From positions 1 through 24,000 of the forward strand of contig CAZSDJ010000007.1 of assembly GCA_964605645.1 (NCBI GenBank): a stretch of 24,000 nt of DNA, written 5' to 3'. The stretch's first letter is position 1. Every line of letters starts with the position of its first letter. The translations under genes were made by a program, and so were the position numbers. This DNA is from an uncultured Planctomycetia bacterium. GTDB lineage: Bacteria; Omnitrophota; Gorgyraeia; Duberdicusellales; 4484-171. Positions 17,278 through 23,884 of this stretch are shown here, in pieces. The notes below the pieces were generated by a model that searched no databases, was not told the DNA's origin, and saw only the letters and a list, made by a program, of their open reading frames with translations.

Positions 17278-17872
17278 AAAATTCTCCCAGATTAAGATTA
17301 TAAAGTCTAGCGTATTTATTCAATTTTTTCTTATTAAGAGATTTAAGTTTTTTTTCATCAAACCGTTGGTCTTTTAAATTTATTTTTTTATTACGGTAAT
17401 TATTAAAATAGAGATAATCAATAAAGGCTTTTTCCGGCTCGGCAATAAGAATATTAAAATCGCCTTGTTTTTCTAAATAGTATCCCGCGAAAGCTTTTGG
17501 TTGGACTGTTTTATAAATAAAAAGGCCATGTTTATTTTTAAATTTGCGCGTAGGTTTTGTAGAGATAGACGTTACCGCCATAGATACTTCCGGAATAATG
17601 CTGTAATCCGATAAGGCAGTTTCTAGTGAGATATAAGAAGGATTATAAAGTTTGTTAGCAATATAAAAATCAGGGATCATAAAATCAGTTGGGAAGCTTA
17701 ACTCATATAAACCTCGCTTCAGGTGATAAATCCATCCTTTTTCACACCACCGAAACAGCATTTTTTTTAGATTTTCTTTTTTTTCGCTAGGTGAGAAGGA
17801 GAGAAGATCATCATAGGAAAAAATGAAGTATTTATGTTTTTCTAAAGTTTTGTAAAGTTCTTGAAATCTCAT
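17264..17872 (-). CDS. abiEi: AbiEi-type antitoxin
   Basis: Winged-helix-like N-terminus ('LKKMLFRWCEKGWIYHLKRGLYEL'), 'NPSYISLETALSDYSIIPE'; overlaps the abiEii-like ORF by 14 nt. Confidence 0.82.
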   Translation of the reverse strand: MRFQELYKTLEKHKYFIFSYDDLLSFSPSEKKENLKKMLFRWCEKGWIYHLKRGLYELSFPTDFMIPDFYIANKLYNPSYISLETALSDYSIIPEVSMAVTSISTKPTRKFKNKHGLFIYKTVQPKAFAGYYLEKQGDFNILIAEPEKAFIDYLYFNNYRNKKINLKDQRFDEKKLKSLNKKKLNKYARLYNLNLGEFYADL

Positions 17873-17909
17873 TTCACTAAGTACTCTTTTTTGTCCACTT
17901 ACTGAAACA

Positions 17910-17938
17910 AGTGTAACCTAATTTTCAAGGTTTGTCAA
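17910..17938 (-). promoter_or_regulatory. Candidate promoter of the AbiE operon
   Basis: On the minus strand, TTGACA (17938-17933), 17-nt spacer, TACACT (17915-17910); CACTT-N8-AAGTG inverted repeat at 17896-17913 overlaps the -10. Confidence 0.6.
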
Positions 17939-17979
17939 GGGTTGGAAGGTGATAGCTTGCGGTTATCAGAAGAAAGTAA

Positions 17980-18261
17980 TTAGCCTTCCTTGCGCAAATG
18001 GACTTGTTGATAAACCTCTTTTCTGTGGCCTATTTTAAAAATAATAATATCTTTTTTATCTATTTTATAAATAACCCGGTAATCACCGACGCGAAGTTTT
18101 CGATATTGCTGTAAGCCTCTTTTTAGGGGTTGCCCGTATTTTGTCGGTTCTGCCAATAATCTTTCTTCAATCGCTTTGCGAATTCTTTTTTGGAGATTTT
18201 TCGGTATTTTGGGCAGATCCTTTCTTTTAATATCGGGATGATAAAGTAAATTATAAGCCAT
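17980..18261 (-). CDS. RelE/ParE-superfamily toxin
   Basis: 'YHPDIKRKDLPKIPKNLQKRIRKAIEERLLAEPTKYGQPLKRGLQQYRKLRVGDYRVIYKIDKKDIIIFKIGHRKEVYQ'. Confidence 0.9.
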   Translation of the reverse strand: MAYNLLYHPDIKRKDLPKIPKNLQKRIRKAIEERLLAEPTKYGQPLKRGLQQYRKLRVGDYRVIYKIDKKDIIIFKIGHRKEVYQQVHLRKEG

Positions 18262-18489
18262 TTATTCCCAAGTTTCTTGATGCGATAGAGATTTTTTAGG
18301 AGAAAAGGTTTTTTCTCTTTCCTGGGCTGATTTTTGCCAATAGCTGTCTGCATGGAGTTCTAACGCCTCTTTGATCAAATCCCTTGCTGCCAAAGAGAGA
18401 GAAACTCCTTCTCGATGTGCCAATTTATCTAAAGCTTTGTATAATCTTGGTTCCAACACAACATTTAAACGCGGGTTTTTTGTCGGCAT
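18262..18489 (-). CDS. Ribbon-helix-helix-type antitoxin
   Basis: 'MPTKNPRLNVVLEPRLYKALDKLAHREGVSLSLAARDLIKEALEL'. The track ORF starts at a TTG (18537) that lies in the -35 element; ATG at 18489 has RBS GGAGGTG (18496-18502). Confidence 0.85.
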   Translation of the reverse strand: MPTKNPRLNVVLEPRLYKALDKLAHREGVSLSLAARDLIKEALELHADSYWQKSAQEREKTFSPKKSLSHQETWE

Positions 18490-18508
18490 AATTTTCACCT
18501 CCATATCA

Positions 18509-18537
18509 AATGTATCACATATGATGAACTTTGTCAA
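18509..18537 (-). promoter_or_regulatory. Candidate promoter of the RHH/RelE operon
   Basis: On the minus strand, TTGACA (18537-18532), 17-nt spacer, TACATT (18514-18509). Confidence 0.6.
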
Positions 18538-18558
18538 GAGCGGCTGGGGAGCATATTT

Positions 18559-19098
18559 TTATTTGGGGTAATATTTATCATTTTTCCAATTGCCAGGATT
18601 ATCGAGGATGTAATGGCGGATGCGGTTTAAATTGAATTCAGTGCGGATTGTGTGTTCATAATAATTGCGTTGCCAAATCGGTTGTTTTGGCATATTCCGT
18701 AATTGGTTGATCTGTTTTGTTGTTGTTGATTTAAACAATTTAACAATTGTCGGTATTGAATTTGGCGTGGAGCAACCAAATTTTTCAACATGATTATGTA
18801 CGGGCACATTGCAATGTGCCCGTACGATATTGATTATTCCATGGATATGATTTGGCATTATAATAAATTCATCCAATTCAATATTTTTACGGATTTTTTC
18901 CGTTTTACACCATTCTTTTTGAATAATTCTCCCATATTTATTTAAAATCATTTTTTCATTATATATATCGCCAAACAGGTATTTACGATTATTTACACAT
19001 ATTGTCACATAATACATACCTGGTTGGCTGTAATTGTAATTTTTTAATCGTATTGATTTGCGGTTTTTTAACATGGGTTTTATTTGGTAGGGGCACAT
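18559..19098 (-). mobile_element. REP-associated Y1 (IS200-like) transposase, RAYT; likely start Met at 19074
   Basis: 'NYSQPGMYYVTICVNNRKYLFG', HUH motif 'FIIMPNHIHGIINI', catalytic-Tyr region 'IWQRNYYEHTIRTE', 'IRHYILDNPGNW'. Confidence 0.9.
18798..18825. repeat. 28-bp perfect palindrome GTACGGGCACATTGCAATGTGCCCGTAC inside the RAYT reading frame
   Basis: Read directly; encodes ...VRAHCNVPV... in frame. Confidence 0.95.
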
Positions 19099-19114
19099 TG
19101 CAATGTGCCCCTAC
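19087..19114. repeat. 28-bp perfect palindrome GTAGGGGCACATTGCAATGTGCCCCTAC (REP-like)
   Basis: Read directly, at the 5' end of the RAYT gene. Confidence 0.95.
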
Positions 19115-19202
19115 ATTGTTATTTTTTACCCCCTTTACTTATAGACGAAATAAAACGGGAAATTCTTTCATTTTTTTTGATTTTATTCTATAATAGATAA
19201 TA

Positions 19203-20639
19203 ATGAAGAAAAAGATTGATGCCCGCCTGAAGAAGCTGGTGCTCAACCAACACAGAAATAATCCTAATCTAGGGGTGAGGAAGCTTTCTGACTTGTTAGA
19301 GAAGAAATACGGCGTCTTATTATCGAAAAGCAGTGTTCACTCTGTATTACAAGCTAAAGGAGCTAAGCTTAAAAAGGGGCGAAAAGAAGCTAAATTAGCT
19401 TATGAAAAAAACAGTATTCCGGAAGCAGGATTATTACTATTGCGCTGTATCGATAGTCAGATCGGATTCTTTGAGTATGTTAGCGATGAACTCAATATCT
19501 ACACCCCAAAGTTAAAAAAAGAATTGTTGAAAAAATTTATAATTTTAGCTAGCCTTGCTTTTTTATCAGCTGAAAAACCAAATACAGCAGCTCGTAAAAA
19601 GAGTTATTTACGGTTAGCGGGGTTGTATAGATTTCCCGTTAAAAAGTTCAATTATTTTAAAAAACAGATAGTGCGTTATCAGCCCACCCTGGAACTGAAA
19701 TTACTACATAAAAATTTAACGATTATTTCAGGAATAAAAATTATATTTATAGATAGGTCTTATATTTTTTCTGATGCAAAAATGACAACTCTTTGGGATT
19801 CTGTGCCCAAGATAGAATATTTCTTTTCTTCTCTCCAAGATGCAAAAAATCGCGTTATGAAAATGGCCAAAGAAGGTTTATTTATTTTTGGTTATACTAA
19901 AAGCTGGGGTCATCTATCCACCTTGGTTTTTAAATTAATTAAAGGCCAGAAGCAAAGGATCGCAGCGGTACAATTTTTAGATACAAAAGCGAAGGTGGTT
20001 GAGAAAATTGAGATGAAGAAAAAAACAGATTTTATTTTAGGTTATTATCCGAAAGGAGTTTCGAAAGGGTTAAATTTTCCTAAAAAACAAAAGCGATACA
20101 AGTGCATTCATCTTACTCCTTTAGGCACTTATTATCTTCTTGATTTATCTATAGAATTTATACAAAACATTGATAATGAAAGAATTATATCAAATAACGT
20201 CCTAATAAGAGATAAGAATTATGGCCTGCCTAATTGGGGTTTAATTACTTCTTATCAGAAAATTACCAAAACTCTCTTAAAGGATATAATTAACAGTTAC
20301 TTGTATTTATGGCCGGATAGAGAAGAAAGTTTTTTTGCAGGGACAAAAGCGATTGAACAATCTTTTTTCAACAAAGACGCGCAAAAAAAAGAAATAATGG
20401 GGATATTACCGCATAAATTAAGTTTTTCTCAATTAACGGATTTTAGCCGGGTTGGGCAATTGTTATCGATTTTGTGTAAAGAATTGGTGGAAGGTTTCGA
20501 ACCAAAACGGAAAAGGGGATTTATAGAAAACGGGAATGATTATCTGTTGGTAGTTTTAGATAAAATTGCTGCTAAAACTAAAAAAAGATTAAATAAACAA
20601 GCTTTTTTTGTGGATGGGAAAAGGGTGTTTTTTCGGTGA
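19203..20639 (+). CDS. Uncharacterized 478-aa protein with HTH-like N-terminus, possibly a divergent DDE-type transposase
   Basis: N-terminal 'LGVRKLSDLLEKKYGVLLSKSSVHSVLQAKGAK' is HTH-like; 'IKIIFIDRSYIFSDAKMTTLWDSVPKIEYFF' and 'LYLWPDREESFFAGTKAIEQSFF' are candidate acidic catalytic motifs (unverified). Confidence 0.45.
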   Translation: MKKKIDARLKKLVLNQHRNNPNLGVRKLSDLLEKKYGVLLSKSSVHSVLQAKGAKLKKGRKEAKLAYEKNSIPEAGLLLLRCIDSQIGFFEYVSDELNIYTPKLKKELLKKFIILASLAFLSAEKPNTAARKKSYLRLAGLYRFPVKKFNYFKKQIVRYQPTLELKLLHKNLTIISGIKIIFIDRSYIFSDAKMTTLWDSVPKIEYFFSSLQDAKNRVMKMAKEGLFIFGYTKSWGHLSTLVFKLIKGQKQRIAAVQFLDTKAKVVEKIEMKKKTDFILGYYPKGVSKGLNFPKKQKRYKCIHLTPLGTYYLLDLSIEFIQNIDNERIISNNVLIRDKNYGLPNWGLITSYQKITKTLLKDIINSYLYLWPDREESFFAGTKAIEQSFFNKDAQKKEIMGILPHKLSFSQLTDFSRVGQLLSILCKELVEGFEPKRKRGFIENGNDYLLVVLDKIAAKTKKRLNKQAFFVDGKRVFFR

Positions 20640-20641
20640 GG

Positions 20642-20665
20642 AGGGGCACATTGCAATGTGCCCCT
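20642..20665. repeat. 24-bp perfect palindrome AGGGGCACATTGCAATGTGCCCCT (REP-like, third copy)
   Basis: Read directly, 2 nt after the stop codon of the 478-aa ORF. Confidence 0.95.
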
Positions 20666-20750
20666 ACCATACAACGATGCGTTGAAAAAAGCGCTTTCAT
20701 AATCTCCCTTTTTGCCTTGTTTTTTGTGGTAATTTTGTCATGTTATATGT

Positions 20751-20835
20751 TATAATAAGAGTGTTTTGGGGGAGGCGCGAAAATGCGTAAAAATGTATTT
20801 TTAACAAGCCGGATGCCTCCCCCGAGGTTATCCGG
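20751..20835 (+). promoter_or_regulatory. Pilin-cluster leader: TATAAT box followed by a pseudoknot-capable structured leader
   Basis: TATAAT at 20751-20756; GGGGGAGGC (20768-20776) pairs with GCCTCCCCC (20815-20823); CCGGAT (20809-20814) pairs with ATCCGG (20830-20835). Confidence 0.5.
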
Positions 20836-20857
20836 TTTTGTAATTATGGAGACAAAA

Positions 20858-21154
20858 ATGAAAAAAGCACAGTCAATAGTCGAATACGCAATAGCATTTG
20901 TGGTGGTGGTCAGCGGCATAATTGCTATCGGTTTTATTGCTGATGCAAGAGGAGTTTTCCAAAATCATTTTGATGAAGTAATGCAGGAAATGAGCATGAA
21001 CAATCAACCTGTTGCTGTTGTTTTGAATTCGGATAATAGTTCTGAAAAAGATGATTCTAAAACAGCTGCTTCTGAAGAGAACAATTCCGAAGAAGATGAT
21101 TCTACTGGTGTTAAAGCTGGAGGAATAAGTGCTTTTGGTGTTTGGTGGAAGTAG
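20858..21154 (+). CDS. Class-III-signal-peptide-like / Flp-type pilin
   Basis: 'MKKAQSIVEYAIAFVVVVSGIIAIGF'; ATG 20858 preceded by a ggaga RBS. The track start at 20783 lies in the structured leader. Confidence 0.8.
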   Translation: MKKAQSIVEYAIAFVVVVSGIIAIGFIADARGVFQNHFDEVMQEMSMNNQPVAVVLNSDNSSEKDDSKTAASEENNSEEDDSTGVKAGGISAFGVWWK

Positions 21155-21178
21155 TTTTGGTTTTTAATTTTAAAAATA

Positions 21179-21367
21179 ATGAAACGAAACAAAAGTAAAG
21201 TTATGATTAGAAAATTACAAAAAAGTAAAGCACAGTCGATTTTAGAGTATTCATTGTTGATAATGGTGATAGCTGCAGCCTTGATGGCGATGCAGAAGTA
21301 TATACGCCGAGCGATGAACGCACGATTAAAACAAGTACAGGAAGAATTAGATGAATCTTCACGATAA
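21179..21367 (+). CDS. Class-III-signal-peptide-like pilin (short)
   Basis: 'KSKAQSILEYSLLIMVIAAALMAMQKYIRRAMNARLK'; Met at 21203 is an alternative start. Confidence 0.78.
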   Translation: MKRNKSKVMIRKLQKSKAQSILEYSLLIMVIAAALMAMQKYIRRAMNARLKQVQEELDESSR

Positions 21368-21383
21368 CTTAAGGAGGTGGGAG

Positions 21384-21575
21384 ATGTTAAGGAAGGGGCA
21401 AAGTATTTTGGAATACATGATTATTTTAGCGGTAATAATTGCTGCGGTGGTTGTTGGCGCTAAATATATGCAGAAGAGCACCGACCAAGGACTGCAAGAT
21501 GCAACTGGTGCTATGGAAAGTGCAACCGGTAAGTTCAAGAGCCAAGTTGGCGGCGGTCTCGGTGACGGAAATTAA
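21384..21575 (+). CDS. Class-III-signal-peptide-like pilin (short)
   Basis: 'MLRKGQSILEYMIILAVIIAAVVVGAKYMQKS'; ATG 21384 has RBS aaggaggtg; the track start 21351 overlaps the upstream ORF. Confidence 0.8.
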   Translation: MLRKGQSILEYMIILAVIIAAVVVGAKYMQKSTDQGLQDATGAMESATGKFKSQVGGGLGDGN

Positions 21576-21598
21576 AAATAATTTTTAGGAGGTGGCAG

Positions 21599-21985
21599 AT
21601 GTTAATAGTTTTAAGAAAAAAAATAAGAGCCCAGTCAACGGCAGAGTATGCGATCTTTTTTGGCATCATTATTGCTGTGGCAATCGGGATGCAGAAGTAT
21701 CTAAAAAGAGGCATGCAGGGAAAGGTGAAGTCAGTTACCGATGCGGTAGGGCAATCGGCGCAAGGCCAAACTATTGCCGGAACTGGTGTAACCCTACAAG
21801 ATGAAGGCCAATATGTGCCCTATTATCTTGTTGATCAGGATTCAGGAACAACTAGTAGGAGCCAAGAGGTTAGCAAAGAAATGGCTACAACTGACGGCGG
21901 CGCTTTCACCAGAACGGAAACTCAAGATGCGGAAGCTGATTCTACGCAAACAGAAACATATTCTATTGGCGATCAAGGCTATTAA
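21599..21985 (+). CDS. Class-III-signal-peptide-like pilin with S/T/D/E/Q-rich tail
   Basis: 'LRKKIRAQSTAEYAIFFGIIIAVAIGMQKYLKRGMQGKVKSVTDAVGQ'; ggaggtgg RBS. Confidence 0.82.
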   Translation: MLIVLRKKIRAQSTAEYAIFFGIIIAVAIGMQKYLKRGMQGKVKSVTDAVGQSAQGQTIAGTGVTLQDEGQYVPYYLVDQDSGTTSRSQEVSKEMATTDGGAFTRTETQDAEADSTQTETYSIGDQGY

Positions 21986-22021
21986 TCGTTACGGGATAAA
22001 AAGATGAGGAGGAGGTTTTAG

Positions 22022-22330
22022 ATGTTAATGAAAATGCAAAAAGGACAAAGTACCCTAGAATACGCTGCGTTGTTTGCGGTAGTAATCGGGGCGATCATTG
22101 CCGGCCAAGTTTATTTTAAACGCGGTGTGCAAGGCAAACTGAAATCATCGGCAGATCAAATGGGTGAGCAATATTCGTTTGGGGCAACGGGGACTATTAC
22201 TCAAGAGATATCTTCATCGTCTGAAGAAGTTACAGGTGGCGGAACAACTACAACTACTTCCCAACAAACTCAAAGCCAGGAAAGTGATATTAACATTGGC
22301 GGATTTGATGAGGAGTATTGGGGAGAGTAA
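22022..22330 (+). CDS. Class-III-signal-peptide-like pilin with Ser/Thr-rich tail
   Basis: 'MQKGQSTLEYAALFAVVIGAIIAGQVYFKRGVQGKLKSSADQMG'; tail 'SSSSEEVTGGGTTTTTSQQTQSQE'; aggaggt RBS. Confidence 0.82.
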   Translation: MLMKMQKGQSTLEYAALFAVVIGAIIAGQVYFKRGVQGKLKSSADQMGEQYSFGATGTITQEISSSSEEVTGGGTTTTTSQQTQSQESDINIGGFDEEYWGE

Positions 22331-22365
22331 TAATTAAGAAAAGAGCAGAAAAGGAGTGATTATTT

Positions 22366-22728
22366 GTGCGTAAAACTCAGAGTTTATTGAATTATGCGAT
22401 ATTGATGGTGGTGGTTGGCTTAGCTCTTGTTGGGATGAATAAATACTTTAAAAGAGGTGTTCAAGGCAAGGTCGCCGGGCTTTCCGATGCGATGATTGCA
22501 CCTCGCGCAGATCATCTAGCTTATACCGATCAAGACATGGTGCAAAATTCGCAAACAATTCAAGATATGAATGTAAGCATAAATTTAGGAGCAGAAGGGG
22601 CTCAATCCAAACGATCATCTACAACAGCAACTAGTAATACCCATAGAGTTACAGAGGATGAAGATTATGTGGAAGGGGATAGCTCAGGAAATTTAAAGGG
22701 GATAGCTCAGGAGATTTATAAGAAGTAG
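22366..22728 (+). CDS. Divergent pilin paralog (QSLLNYA) with GTG start
   Basis: 'MRKTQSLLNYAILMVVVGLALVGMNKYFKRGVQGKVAGLSDAM', paralogous to the preceding ORFs. Confidence 0.78.
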   Translation: MRKTQSLLNYAILMVVVGLALVGMNKYFKRGVQGKVAGLSDAMIAPRADHLAYTDQDMVQNSQTIQDMNVSINLGAEGAQSKRSSTTATSNTHRVTEDEDYVEGDSSGNLKGIAQEIYKK

Positions 22729-22758
22729 TTTAAATAAAGTAATTTATTAAAGAAAAAT

Positions 22759-23646
22759 ATGATTCAAAAAATTAAAAAAGCACAAGCATTAACAGAAATG
22801 GCAATATTTGGAACGTTGATATTGCTTTGTTTTTATTACTTATTAACTTATATCCAGAGAATGAATGAAACTCAATATGTGACTCAAGAAGCTTTTCGGA
22901 ATGCACTGGAAAGAGCATCTGACTCAAGTGTAGGCTCGGTAAGCTATGTAAATTTTTCTAATAAACGCCAAGCCAATCTTTATTCTCCGGTTGTAGGAGA
23001 AAGAAGCCAAATAAGCGGCTCTGGACAAATATATTGGGGAACTCCTCCTATTACCTATACTGACGAAGGTGCAGTAGAAACTGGTGAGCTTGCAGCCCAC
23101 GCTTACTATAAATTTAATAAAGATGAGCGTGAATTAAGCGGTATTTTGGCTGGAGAAGAAAGCCCAGCTGTTGAGCTAAGTAGCGGGTCACTTAATGTTT
23201 TGGTAAATAGATTAGGTTCAAGTCTTCAAGGTACAATTAACGCTTACGCTGGCGAAGATGAAACAGTTTTAGGCGATACAAGTATTACCGGCGTTAGCAG
23301 TTCTGTAGGCTCATCCCACCTGGAAGATGTGGTAAATACTACATTACAGCAAAATAATGAAAATAATGAAGATGCAAGTGAGAATGAGATAGAGATAGAT
23401 TCTTATGTAAAGGTAAATGCTTCTACACAAATAAATTATAATAATTCGAATATTACGACTAACCAATCAGGGAAGGTAGAAGATAAAGTGATTTATACTA
23501 TAAATGATAAAGACGGGAATCCGCTTTATAGTATTGATCAAGGCCTTGGCCAAGATGGTTATTATAGTCATACGGATGTGGATAAAGAAGTTGATAATGT
23601 AATGTTACCGGGCGATAGCCCGAGACAATGGATAGCAGTGAAATGA
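22759..23646 (+). CDS. TadE-like pseudopilin, 295 aa
   Basis: 'IKKAQALTEMAIFGTLILLCFYYLLTYIQRMNETQYVTQEAFRNALERAS', single N-terminal TM and long soluble domain. Confidence 0.65.
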   Translation: MIQKIKKAQALTEMAIFGTLILLCFYYLLTYIQRMNETQYVTQEAFRNALERASDSSVGSVSYVNFSNKRQANLYSPVVGERSQISGSGQIYWGTPPITYTDEGAVETGELAAHAYYKFNKDERELSGILAGEESPAVELSSGSLNVLVNRLGSSLQGTINAYAGEDETVLGDTSITGVSSSVGSSHLEDVVNTTLQQNNENNEDASENEIEIDSYVKVNASTQINYNNSNITTNQSGKVEDKVIYTINDKDGNPLYSIDQGLGQDGYYSHTDVDKEVDNVMLPGDSPRQWIAVK

Positions 23647-23876
23647 AATTAATAAAAAAAACAGAAGTTACTTTAGAATTAGCGGTTACTTTTGTGGTTT
23701 TTTGCCTCTTTATTTTAGGCATAATCAATATTTGGGTTTGGGGGCACGCCCAAATTGCAGGAAGAAGCAATAGTTATGAACAGAGTCGAAGAGAAGCTGG
23801 CAATCAAGATCCTGGCCGTCCGGCAGGTTATAATCCTAGTAGTTTAACCGAAGAGGAAGTGATTTTAAGCAATTAA
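23643..23876 (+). CDS. Small TadE-like pseudopilin
   Basis: 'MKLIKKTEVTLELAVTFVVFCLFILGIINIWVWGHAQIAGRSNSYEQSRREAG'; ATG at 23643 overlaps the upstream TGA as ATGA. Confidence 0.6.
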   Translation: MKLIKKTEVTLELAVTFVVFCLFILGIINIWVWGHAQIAGRSNSYEQSRREAGNQDPGRPAGYNPSSLTEEEVILSN

Positions 23877-23884
23877 GTATATCA

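Noticed and set aside
18490-18537. N-terminal extension MTKFIICDTFDMEVKI of the RHH antitoxin
   Set aside because: Its start is the TTG of the TTGACA -35 box; the internal ATG at 18489 has a strong RBS, so the extension is probably untranslated.
18123-18571. ORFs 18123..18353 and 18371..18571
   Set aside because: Overlap the convincing RelE and RHH antitoxin ORFs; no domain signal.
18627-19193. ORFs 18627..18809 and 19002..19193
   Set aside because: Overlap the RAYT ORF and its palindromes; MCPYI/RGTLQCAP segments simply translate the palindrome.
20783-20857. N-terminal extension MRKNVFLTSRMPPPRLSGFVIMETK of the first pilin
   Set aside because: It is encoded by the structured leader and would place 25 extra residues before a standard prepilin leader; ATG 20858 has an RBS.
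21592-22007. Alternate-frame ORFs 21592..21804 and 21801..22007
   Set aside because: They overlap the 21599-21985 pilin ORF, which has the conserved QSTAEYA motif and a good RBS; the alternate frames show no family features.
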